The position numbers were made by a program, and so were the translations under genes. From an uncultured Candidatus Saccharibacteria bacterium (GTDB lineage: Bacteria > Patescibacteriota > Doudnabacteria > UBA920), in the NCBI GenBank assembly GCA_964532425.1, contig CAZHIA010000003.1, positions 5,594 to 69,593 on the forward strand: a DNA stretch of 64,000 bases. The letters run 5' to 3'. Numbering within the stretch: the first letter of the stretch is position 1; each line of letters begins with the position of its first letter. The notes under the pieces are model-generated. The model was not told where the DNA came from. It made no database searches and worked only from the letters and a program-made list of their open reading frames with translations. Of the stretch, positions 9,833 through 18,900 are shown one piece after another.

Positions 9833-10956
9833 GTGTGGAGTGTATTTAGTCCTTGCAAAATAACGTTGGCAGTCCTGTCCCAATCGAATCGTTCAACCCG
9901 TCGCAAACCGCGGTCTATAAATACGTCCCGTACACGGCCATCGGAAACGAGCTGGCGCAAGGCATACGCAATTTCGGCAGGTTGATAGGGACTAACGAGC
10001 AGTCCAGCCTCTCCTACAACTTCAGGGACGGAAGTCACGTTACTAGCCACGACCGGAGTGCCAACAGCCATCGCTTCGATCGGCTGGAACCCAAACCCTT
10101 CATAAAAACTTGGGTACGCTACGGCTCGGGCTAATTTCAAAATAGCCGCTTTGTCTTCTTCGCTGTCTATATAACCAATGTAGTGAATGAGGCGCCGCTT
10201 ACTGCTGCGCTGCAACGCCTTGAACAGCTCTCCATACTTCCAGCCTTTGCGTCCGGCTACGACGAGATGCATATCGCCGGGCAGCTGCTCAAAAGCTGCC
10301 AGTAATCCGGTCAGATTTTTTCTCGGCTCGATGGTATTTAAAAAAAGGATAAACTCGCCCGGCAGTCCATACCGGTTGCGAACATCGCGCAACACCTCCA
10401 CGCTGATGCTGGGGTGAAATATGGTCCGGTCAATACCCGGGTACGCGACCGTAATGCGGCTCGGCTCTAAATGAAATAATCTGACGAGATCGTCTTTCGT
10501 ATGATGAGAAACTGCAAAAATTGCATCTGCTCGCACAAACGATGACCGGTAACCCAAAAAACGATGCCAGAGCCGGCGACGCAAATCATAAAATTCCGGA
10601 GCGACGACCGGAGACAAATCGTGGACAGTAATAGCCAGCTTTGTCCGTGCTGAGACAGAAAATGGGCTTAAGTTCGGCAAAAACAGGCAATCTATTCGCC
10701 CGACGAGGCTTTCAATATTGATCGCGCGGGTCTTGAAAGCCGCATTCAGGAGCTTGTTAGGAATATGTGATGTTTTGACCTTGGAATTTATAAAATGAAA
10801 ATCAACCGGGTTTCCACCGGTCCAGGAATTATAGAACAATGTGTATTCGTTTTTACGGTCTAGAGCCAGCAGATGGTCTATCAGGTTGACGATATAATTC
10901 TCAACCCCGCTCAATTTTCCGCTGGAGAGACTCCTGAGATCTACTGCGATATGCAC
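9829..10956 (-). CDS. Glycosyltransferase family 4 (MtfB-like)
   Basis: [32 protein letters not shown]. Confidence 0.92.
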   Translation of the reverse strand: MHIAVDLRSLSSGKLSGVENYIVNLIDHLLALDRKNEYTLFYNSWTGGNPVDFHFINSKVKTSHIPNKLLNAAFKTRAINIESLVGRIDCLFLPNLSPFSVSARTKLAITVHDLSPVVAPEFYDLRRRLWHRFLGYRSSFVRADAIFAVSHHTKDDLVRLFHLEPSRITVAYPGIDRTIFHPSISVEVLRDVRNRYGLPGEFILFLNTIEPRKNLTGLLAAFEQLPGDMHLVVAGRKGWKYGELFKALQRSSKRRLIHYIGYIDSEEDKAAILKLARAVAYPSFYEGFGFQPIEAMAVGTPVVASNVTSVPEVVGEAGLLVSPYQPAEIAYALRQLVSDGRVRDVFIDRGLRRVERFDWDRTANVILQGLNTLHT

Positions 10957-10993
10957 GGTAACAATATCAAAAATTAAATGTCAAAGATCAAAT

Positions 10994-12091
10994 TTACTGT
11001 ACAGCATTGATCTTCTGAAAAATAAAGTCACTCATCTTCCGATTAAATATTTCTTCTGTAAAGTTTGCCGCGTGGCTGACCAGTGCTGCCTGTGAATAGC
11101 GGTTTGCGTTCCATTGTATAATCATTTCTTTTATTGCTTCCTTGTCTGGTTCATAGAAAAATTCGCCGGTGACTCCCGGTCTGACTGTTTCCAACGCTCC
11201 GCCTTTTCCATATGCCAAGGTCGCCGTACCGCATGCCGCCGCCTCAAGCGGCATCAGCCCGAAATCTTCCAGTTGCGGATAAATAAATCCGAGGGCCCCG
11301 CTGTACTGATCGCGCAATTGTTCGTCAGTCACCCGCCCCAGGAACCGAATGGTCTTACCTGCCCGCTTTTTCAGATCGCGTTCATGGCGGCCCGTTCCGA
11401 TCACATGCAGGATCCAACCGATCTCATTGAACACATCTATAACGACATCGAGATTCTTATGCGCTTGGAGCCTGCCGCCAGCCAGAAAATATTTTTCCTT
11501 CGGTACGGTCGGCTTCCAGAAATCGGTCCGAATTCCGGGATGAATAACCACACTGTCCCTGCCATAATACATCTGAATGCGCTGCCTGACCTCTTCCGAG
11601 TTCGCAATGAAGAAATCGACCCGCTGCGCTCCGTCATAATCCCACACTTCCATTCTGTTCAGGAAAAACCTCAGGATATCTTCCACAAAGGGTCGAATAA
11701 CCCACGGAACTTCCTGCCTGACATACTCCTTGTTATGCCAGAGAAAACGGGTCGGCGTATGGCAATAACAAATATGCAGCGACCCTTTCGGTACGGTAAT
11801 ATTTTTGATAAAAGAAGAGCTGGAAGAGACTACTACCTGAAAGCCTTCAAATTTGAGAGAACCGACTGCTGCCGGTATGACGGGCAGCCAGTACTGCAAT
11901 TTAGGAAGCAAGCGATACCAACCGTTAAGCCAGCTGGTTCGAAAGTCATAAGACCCCAGCTGAGATGCAAGCTTTGAATCAACCACCAGAGTGAAAACCG
12001 GACTCTTCGGGAAGAGTTTCCGAATGCTACTGAACACCTTCTCAGCGCCGCCGAGCTGAGTAAAGCTATCGTGAGCTAAGGCAATTTTCAT
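10994..12091 (-). CDS. Glycosyltransferase family 4 (WbaZ-like)
   Basis: MKIALAHD..GGAEKV, YCHTPTRFLW, EDFGLMPLEA; start moved to 12091. Confidence 0.92.
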   Translation of the reverse strand: MKIALAHDSFTQLGGAEKVFSSIRKLFPKSPVFTLVVDSKLASQLGSYDFRTSWLNGWYRLLPKLQYWLPVIPAAVGSLKFEGFQVVVSSSSSFIKNITVPKGSLHICYCHTPTRFLWHNKEYVRQEVPWVIRPFVEDILRFFLNRMEVWDYDGAQRVDFFIANSEEVRQRIQMYYGRDSVVIHPGIRTDFWKPTVPKEKYFLAGGRLQAHKNLDVVIDVFNEIGWILHVIGTGRHERDLKKRAGKTIRFLGRVTDEQLRDQYSGALGFIYPQLEDFGLMPLEAAACGTATLAYGKGGALETVRPGVTGEFFYEPDKEAIKEMIIQWNANRYSQAALVSHAANFTEEIFNRKMSDFIFQKINAVQ

Positions 12092-12093
12092 AG

Positions 12094-12283
12094 AATTGAC
12101 AAAATCGACGAAATTGACATAATTGACAAAATTCGGAAACAAAGAAATACAGTAGAAACACTATAGAAATATGGTAGAAATACAATTGTATTTCCATGTA
12201 TTTCTATTGTATTTCAATCGTATTTCTCTCTGATGTTTGTATAATTTTGTCAATTTTTTAAATTATGTTCAATTTTGTCAATT
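12094..12283. repeat. Nested inverted tandem repeats (outer 9-mer TTGACAAAA arms, inner 11-mer AGAAATAC arms)
   Basis: Outer arms 12094-12132 and 12243-12283; inner arms 12143-12183 and 12188-12227. Confidence 0.75.
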
Positions 12284-12284
12284 A

Positions 12285-13721
12285 TTAATAGTCTTCCCTC
12301 GACTTCGCTCCGAACAAAAGCAGGTAAAAGCTTTTTGCGAGAATCTTAATATCCAGCCATAAAGACCAATTCTCAATATAATAGGTGTTCTGACGGATCT
12401 CTTCCTCGAACGGCAAATCCGGCCAGGAGACCTGGGCAATCTGCGACATGCCGAAGATGCCAGGCTTGATAGAGAACATGCGGCGGTAGCGGTTGCGATA
12501 ACGGTCGACTTCGTCGAGTACGTGAGCGCGCGGTCCGACCATGCTCATATCCCCTTTCAGCACATTCCAAAACTGGGGAATCTCATCCAACTTCGTCTTG
12601 CGCAAAAATCGCCCGACTTTCGTCACGCGCGGGTCATCCTTGATCTTTAAGAAAGGTCCCGAAGCTCCGCCGCGGCTATTGATCTTCCAGAGCTGCTGGC
12701 GCACTTCTTCTGCCTGGCTGCCTCCGTATTCTGCGCCGACGCTTAAGTGAGTATACATGGTACGGAACTTATAAAAATTAAAATCTCGCCCCCGGCCTCC
12801 GCGCAACGCGGCATAAATGATCTTACCCCTGCTATCAATTTTAATTGCAAGTGAAATGATGATAAAGAATGGCAGCGTAAGCACCAGGCAAATAAGTGAA
12901 GCAATGACATCGAAGATGCGCTTCGCCACTTGGCCCCAGCCGTCCAGCGGCGTATTTTTCAAAGCAATGACAGGAATACCCTGAAGGTTATACATTTCAA
13001 CCGAATTACGCTGAACCTCGAATAGGTTCGGAACGAAGCTAAAGCTCAGTCCTTTGTTTCTGGCAAATTGCACCAGTTTCAAATTCACTTCGTCGCCGAG
13101 TGTGGGATTAGCCTGAATGATCTCGTCAATGCGCTGCTGCACATAGAGTTGTTCCAGTTCGTCCAGAGTTCCGTCTGTAAACTTTAATTCAGCACTGACT
13201 TCGTAGCCGTATGCTTTGTTTTTATAGACACTTTCTATCACGCTGGCATTATTCTCGTACCCGTTAATAATCACCAGCCGGTGCAAACCGATGTTTCGCA
13301 AGAATAGCAGCGTTTGAATGCCGCGGAGGACCAGTCTGCCAAAAATGACGAACAGGATACCCAGTGCCCAGGTTGCCAAAATAATAAAACGGGACGGGAA
13401 AATGGTCTGGTCGAAGAAGAACAGTAGCATCACAATAAGCAAGCCCAAAGAGACACCCACAACGATGCGTCCGAATTCATCCTGAAACTTGCGCGTGCCC
13501 CGCAAATTGTACAGCCCGAGCATTGCGAAAATGAGTATGAGAAACGGGACAATTTTGTTCGTCGTGACCAAAAAATCATGCAACTGCAGCTGGTAGATGA
13601 TTGGCTTGGAGATAATCATCGTCTGCTGGCGCAAATAAAAAGAAACTATACCGGCGCAGAGCAGCATGATAGCGTCCACAGGTATAGAGACCAGATTGAA
13701 TACGAGCTCGGTTTTCTTCAT
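12285..13721 (-). CDS. Priming polyprenyl glycosylphosphotransferase (WcaJ/WbaP-like sugar transferase)
   Basis: N-terminal TM helices; [48 protein letters not shown]. Confidence 0.95.
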   Translation of the reverse strand: MKKTELVFNLVSIPVDAIMLLCAGIVSFYLRQQTMIISKPIIYQLQLHDFLVTTNKIVPFLILIFAMLGLYNLRGTRKFQDEFGRIVVGVSLGLLIVMLLFFFDQTIFPSRFIILATWALGILFVIFGRLVLRGIQTLLFLRNIGLHRLVIINGYENNASVIESVYKNKAYGYEVSAELKFTDGTLDELEQLYVQQRIDEIIQANPTLGDEVNLKLVQFARNKGLSFSFVPNLFEVQRNSVEMYNLQGIPVIALKNTPLDGWGQVAKRIFDVIASLICLVLTLPFFIIISLAIKIDSRGKIIYAALRGGRGRDFNFYKFRTMYTHLSVGAEYGGSQAEEVRQQLWKINSRGGASGPFLKIKDDPRVTKVGRFLRKTKLDEIPQFWNVLKGDMSMVGPRAHVLDEVDRYRNRYRRMFSIKPGIFGMSQIAQVSWPDLPFEEEIRQNTYYIENWSLWLDIKILAKSFYLLLFGAKSREDY

Positions 13722-13840
13722 GTCTTTTTCCTACCCTCTTCCCTGCTGGAAAACAGCAGAAAGAGGGGTAATACAACAGTTATAGCTATAGCAATTATAC
13801 CATTTATGCCCAAAAAATTCCATGGCTGTTTAAAGGCATA

Positions 13841-13876
13841 AAAAATACCACTTCTCAAATGAAAAGTGGTATTTTT
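13841..13876 (-). terminator. Intrinsic terminator downstream of rnpB
   Basis: AAAAATACCACTT...AAGTGGTATTTTT hairpin immediately 3' of the RNA end. Confidence 0.7.
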
Positions 13877-13878
13877 AG

Positions 13879-14530
13879 GCTTCCAGCAAACTCATAAGCC
13901 GAATTCTGTTTGAAACAATCATCTATCTGGGACTGACATTGCTGCCAGCCTCGAGCGGCCTACCAAACTTGGCCTTGCGCTCTGGTAAGGATTTAGCCGT
14001 TTCACCCTCTATGTTGCCATGGAGGATCGCCCTGTACCAGTCGTCCCCCTAAGGAGGACTCCGGTTCAGGGCGCTTTCACCCTTTCGGGTTCAAGCGTTT
14101 CTGTTCGCACCTCTAAGGTTACCCTCGGCGGGCGTTACCCGCTACCATTGTTGATTTTTCTAAAGAGTTGCCCTCTTTAGAACCATCAACCGAGTGTTCG
14201 GACTTTCCTCCCCGCCCTTTGGATTGCATAGAAAGACTATTGTGAATTCTTAGCCTGAGATGTCCCCACGAACTTCCGTATTTCTTTAAGGCTCGTTCTC
14301 TTGCCAAAGCGTCTTTCTTTTCAGCATATGCTTCGTAATATACCAATCTAAAAGGTGTATATGCTTTTGTTGATATTTCCTGACCTGCATTATGTTCAGC
14401 GAACCTACGTTTAAGATCATTAGTTTGGCCAATATAAACAAATCCTTGTTTATTGGCCAGACTTTTGATTACGTAGACATAATGCATATGCAATCCAAAG
14501 AGCGGGGCGATTGTTCGATTTGCTGAAAGC
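13879..14530 (-). ncRNA. rnpB: RNase P RNA with a 256-nt protein-coding insertion in the P3 loop
   Basis: Minus strand: P1 GCTTTCAGCAAA / TTTGCTGGAAGC; P2 AACAATC / GATTGTT; GAGGAAAGTCC; ACAGAAAC; GGGTGAAACGG; AGATAGATGATTGT; AACAGAATTCGGCTTAT (P4 3' strand). Confidence 0.95.
14119..14487 (-). CDS. Small GIY-YIG nuclease nested inside rnpB
   Basis: MHYVYVIKS...VYIGQTNDLKRRFAEHN...TKAYTPFRLVYYEAY...ALARERALK; GIY-YIG-like tyrosine motifs plus conserved Arg, His and Glu; 122 aa from ATG 14487. Confidence 0.9.
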   Translation of the reverse strand: MHYVYVIKSLANKQGFVYIGQTNDLKRRFAEHNAGQEISTKAYTPFRLVYYEAYAEKKDALARERALKKYGSSWGHLRLRIHNSLSMQSKGRGGKSEHSVDGSKEGNSLEKSTMVAGNARRG

Positions 14531-14537
14531 TTCACAA

Positions 14538-14566
14538 ATCATAGCAAAAATTGGGCATTCTGTCAA
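14538..14566 (-). promoter_or_regulatory. sigma70 promoter of rnpB
   Basis: TTGACA-17 nt-TATGAT with extended -10 TG, 7 nt upstream of P1. Confidence 0.8.
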
Positions 14567-14621
14567 TATAAGAAAAGCCGCCCCAGAGCATCTGGGACGG
14601 CCACAATGGTGCGCAAACTGA

Positions 14622-14936
14622 CTATGCGCTGGCGGCATGTGCGAGATGATAGCGTCCTCGCCGAGTCGGCTGAGGCCGTTTCTGCTCACTGTGGATCTCG
14701 ATGGTCTTCAGGTATTGGAAACCCGCCTTTTTCAGATTTTCCTTGACGGGATGTTCCAACACCCTGTCATCCATCTGGATCCGGTACGTACCGTCGATGA
14801 GTGCAAAATCGTTGCCGTGGCGTGCCACTTCGAGGTCAGGAACAATGATTCGCAACCGCGAATTTAGGTATCTGAGCTGTTCTCTGGTATTGCCGTTTCG
14901 CAAATCATTTCCTGGCACAAAGCAAATATGCACCAT
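14622..14936 (-). CDS. Hypothetical protein (ORFan-like)
   Basis: 104-aa ORF with GGAGG SD, upstream TTGACA-17-TTAAAT and a downstream hairpin plus U tract near 14572-14602. Confidence 0.55.
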   Translation of the reverse strand: MVHICFVPGNDLRNGNTREQLRYLNSRLRIIVPDLEVARHGNDFALIDGTYRIQMDDRVLEHPVKENLKKAGFQYLKTIEIHSEQKRPQPTRRGRYHLAHAASA

Positions 14937-15026
14937 TTATAACTGCCTCCTGGGGTAATGTGAGTACTAGCCATATGGCTATAACATACATTTAAGCACT
15001 CTCCTACTCCCCTGTCAAATAGCTAA

Positions 15027-15061
15027 AACACCCCGCCCTTTGCTGCAAAGGGCGGGGTGTT
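15027..15061 (-). terminator. Terminator hairpin after the SIMPL gene, same sequence family as the rnpB P3 arms
   Basis: AACACCCCGCCCTTTGC-T-GCAAAGGGCGGGGTGTT. Confidence 0.7.
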
Positions 15062-15072
15062 CGACTATAAAA

Positions 15073-15852
15073 TTATTTCACTTCAAATATCACACTCATG
15101 GTTTCGGTAATATCCTGGCTGCCAGGCTGAATATCAGGAGCGATCGATTTGGCTTCATTCATCGCCGCTCCGCCCCTACCGGCCGCGTAATCCATGGCGT
15201 ATGGGACCGGCCCTGGAAAACTCGTATTAGATTCGGAAACGCTCACGATCTTCCCGAGGGTTAAACCTGCTTCGGAAGCGAGTTCCTGCGCTTTGGTTTT
15301 GGCATTGGCAATAGCCTGTTTGCGGGCTTGCTGCTTGAGATTGTCAGGATCGTTGAAGCTAAAGCTGACATTCTGGATCTCATTCGCTCCGTTATTAACG
15401 GAACCATCCAAAATGGCTTCCAATTTTGTCTGACCCTTGTCAATATCGTGAACTTTAACCGTTACGGTCTGATTGCCCTGGTAGCCGATAATGCGTGCCG
15501 TGCCATTGCTCCAGTCTTGCTGCGGATAGAAGTTGTATTGGGACGTCTTAATATCTTTGGCATCGATCCCTTGCTGTTTGATGAACTCAATAACTTTGTT
15601 AACCTTGGTATTGTTCTGGTCTTTAACATCCTTGGCCGTGGTCCCCTGGGACATGACCCCGATGGTTACAGTAGCCAGATCCGGCGTAGCCTGCACCTTT
15701 CCATCAGCTGAAACAGCCATGGTCTGGGCCGGTTTCCTATTCTTGATCTTGTCATTCAAATCCGTCCCTTTTTGGACAATCAAAATGGCCACAAAAATAA
15801 CGAGTAGTGCGCCCAGGGTGACAACAAGCCACTTTGGCAAGGTTTGATTCAT
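15073..15852 (-). CDS. SIMPL domain (DUF541/YggE-like) protein
   Basis: N-terminal TM; VSADGKVQATPDLATVTIGV, ARKQAIANAKTKAQELA, IQPGSQDIT. Confidence 0.9.
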   Translation of the reverse strand: MNQTLPKWLVVTLGALLVIFVAILIVQKGTDLNDKIKNRKPAQTMAVSADGKVQATPDLATVTIGVMSQGTTAKDVKDQNNTKVNKVIEFIKQQGIDAKDIKTSQYNFYPQQDWSNGTARIIGYQGNQTVTVKVHDIDKGQTKLEAILDGSVNNGANEIQNVSFSFNDPDNLKQQARKQAIANAKTKAQELASEAGLTLGKIVSVSESNTSFPGPVPYAMDYAAGRGGAAMNEAKSIAPDIQPGSQDITETMSVIFEVK

Positions 15853-15972
15853 ACAATCTTTCGCTGATACATGGATTGCGCGGAGAATGCCGGATCCTGT
15901 ATCAAATTAATTTCATTATAATTATACGCTACCACAAGCAAAAGGTAACTGTGTATAAAGCGACATAAACCA

Positions 15973-18900
15973 TTATGAGATTGCAATAGTTTTATTGAGC
16001 ACACCTTGCTTGCCGATCGTAACTTGCCCTTCATACACCAATACTGCACGATCTTCGGAAATCTCCTTTACTTTAAGCAGATATGTTCCCGGTTGGCTCT
16101 TGAGGAAGAAAACCCCGTTCGGTTTTGTAACAGCTTTACCCATGACAATAGTGGGGAGAGCCACCGGAGAGAGCTCTAAATACAATCCGCCGACATCTCT
16201 GCTGCCGGCCAGACGACCGAGCAATCTCGCATGGGGAACGACCTTCCTGAGCACAGCAAGCACGACATACACTGCCAGGAATAATCCATTGAGCCAATTT
16301 GGCCTCATTGCAAATACCAGCAATGTCCAAGCCAGCCCCGCCCAAAAAACAAGCTCCAAAGTTATATTCAATATGTGCTCGATGCGGGGATGGAATTTGA
16401 CGATCCTTTTTTTGTCTTCCTGGTTCCAATCAAAGGCCTGCTGATCCATCGGAATATTCGGCGTCAGTGGCGCAGAACCATTGCGAACACTCAATTCTTC
16501 CCCATGGTAGACATTTTCATAGATGCCGTCACTTGATCCTGCCACGTGCACGGAAGGGAAAGTGTAGTTAGTTTTTCTTGCCCGGATTCGGTACAGTCCC
16601 GGCTTATCGAGGAAACCAAACTTCCCGTAGAGATCGGTAATGGCATGATCCACTTCTTTACCGGAACGAACGTCTATTAAATCAACCAATACCGGATCGA
16701 GCGGCTGCTTATTCTTACTGTCATAGACCGTTCCCCAATGCCGCCGGCGGGCACGTATTCCAAGCATGCCGAGCAGTCCATACACCAACCGAAGGAAATA
16801 CAGCCAGATGTCAGAAGCGCTGCCGGCATTCATGGACAAACCATACGTCGAAAGTGATGATTCAAGAGTTAACGTAGTCGGCGCAATAGCAATAGTGGCC
16901 ATTCTTGATGTCAATTCCATTGATCGCAGCTGCGGCATAGACACTATACCGGTTCGACCAGCGGAAATTTTTTCGCCCAGTTGCCGAACCACGTTTGAAG
17001 CAACACTGGTGATTCCTTCAAGAACCGGCGATATTGGAGTAACTGGCGATGCAGGAATACTGCCGGAACCACCAGAAGGCGGCTGCTCTCCAGGTATCTG
17101 CTGAATTGGCGTCGAGGATCCGGCCTGGCTTCCAGGCAAAAGGTTGCCAGTTTGATGAGGAGGATTTTCTGCAGGTGCCACCGGCGGCTGTACCGAGTCC
17201 GGGTCACGGTGAGAAGCGGGTTGATTGCTGACCGGAGCCGGCTCAGGCGGCAGCGGTACTAAGACAGGCTCCCGACCGGTATCTGTCGGCGGCACTGACG
17301 GGGTTTGAGGAGGAGCTTGTGAAACCGGCGGCGTCGCGGGTCCACCACCTCCCCCGCTCGGTGGATTCTGAACAGGTAAATCGCAAGCCGACGTAGTAAT
17401 GTCTAGAGCAGGAGAAAAACCGGTCTCCTGGGCATTAGCATTCCTCGCTTTAACATGGAATTGGTAATGACTGTTGCATGCCAGCCCGGATACTGTTGTG
17501 GTGGTCGCAGATATCCAAGAGGTCGTGGTGCTTGCCGTCATATTTTCGACCTGATATTCCGTCCCAATCGGATTTCCATTAGCATCCCATGTTAGCCCTA
17601 CCGCAGTAGCGGTAACCGTTGTCGTCGAAACATTTCCCGGGACATTCGCGAGCGTGTACGCAAACACGTCCGGCGCATAACCGCTCGTATTGTTTGCGTT
17701 CGTGACGATAGCGTAAAAATCGTACTGGGTATTTGGCACCAGGCTGGTACTGAGCCAGCTTGCGTTTGATGTCGTAGCGCTGCTGCCGGCTGTGGTTCGG
17801 TTAAAGTAGCGGTATGGTTGAGCAGCCAGTCCATACGCTGCATCAGCTGAGCCGGTTAGAGAAACACTAACCGAACTTGCAGTTACCGCAGAAACAGACA
17901 GCGTGCCTGGAACAAGTGAGGTGAGGTTTTGAAATAGAATCGAGTCAGTTACCCTGCCCGAGCTCTGGCCTGAGCCATTCAGGAATTTTGCATAAACCGA
18001 ATACGTACCATTTCCGCAGCTCCCCAAATTTTGGCAAATATCCCATGACTTTGTCGTTACATACGACTCAGGAGTCGCATCGGATAAGTCAGGTAAATTG
18101 GAAACCAGCATCAGCGTGGTTCCCGGCTGACCGGTAAGCTGGAGCGTAACATTCCGAGTCGACGTGATCGGGTCGTTTTGGTTTACATAAACACTGAAGC
18201 CCAGCGTTTCACTGCCTGAAGCCCACGGATCGAATGTGCCTCCCCCGCCAGAAGCAGCAGCTCCTTGAACTGAAACCTGACTGCTCAGCAGTGCTTCGCC
18301 GACATTTCCCGCATTGTCGAACACTCTAACTTTATAGTGGTACGTACCCGCTGGAAGGTTAGTGTCCGTCCAAGTTGTTGCCGCAGTAGATCCGGAGTTG
18401 TCCCAATTATCCGTATTGGAAAATACATACGGGGCAACACTCAATCCGGATTCAGCATCCTGGGAACCCGAAACAGCAATCGTAACAGAACCAGTACTCG
18501 TGCTGACTAAGGACAACGTTCCCGAATTCGGTAAAATAGTATCTATCCTGAAGGCAACCAGCCCATTATTTGCCACAGACCAAGGAGATTCCGCCCCTGC
18601 CTGATCCAAAGTTTTGACTCTCCAATAATAACCACTAGCCGAATCCGGCAGGACTTGCGCGCTTGAGCCGACGGAATAGAAACCGGATCCGGCATTTTGA
18701 CCGACGACAAAAGTTTTATCCCCTTGCGCGGCAAGAGCAGACGTATAGTCCACGGACAGTCCGCTAAAATCACTCGTCGTGGAAATTTGCATGCGGTAAC
18801 CGACTAAATCGGACGCGTCCGGATCAGTCAGGTTAAAATGCAAATCCGGTTGAGCAAGATTTATCCAGCTCCCATTGACCAACGGGCCGTTACCGAGGTA

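Noticed and set aside
11114-11977. Long antisense ORFs (for example 11114-11977, 33377-34045, 35635-36291, 53958-54704, 60768-61535)
   Set aside because: They are shadows of well-supported minus-strand genes and have no motifs or start signals
12092-12142. Odd N-terminal extensions such as MFPNFVNYVNFVDFVNS (also on hpf, murC, murG, rpsI, rpsK and the cytidylyltransferase)
   Set aside because: They are read-through of intergenic repeat arms; family-typical starts lie downstream
12094-12283. CRISPR array
   Set aside because: Units are 9-11 nt, degenerate and inverted, with no unique spacers and no cas genes
14231-14486. Group I or group II intron in rnpB
   Set aside because: The insert is almost entirely ORF, leaving no room for a catalytic intron core; processing by host nucleases remains possible
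14488-14535. ORF-track N-terminal extension of the GIY-YIG protein (MKLSANRTIAPLFGLH)
   Set aside because: It starts at or before the predicted transcription start and is simply the P1-P3 RNA sequence
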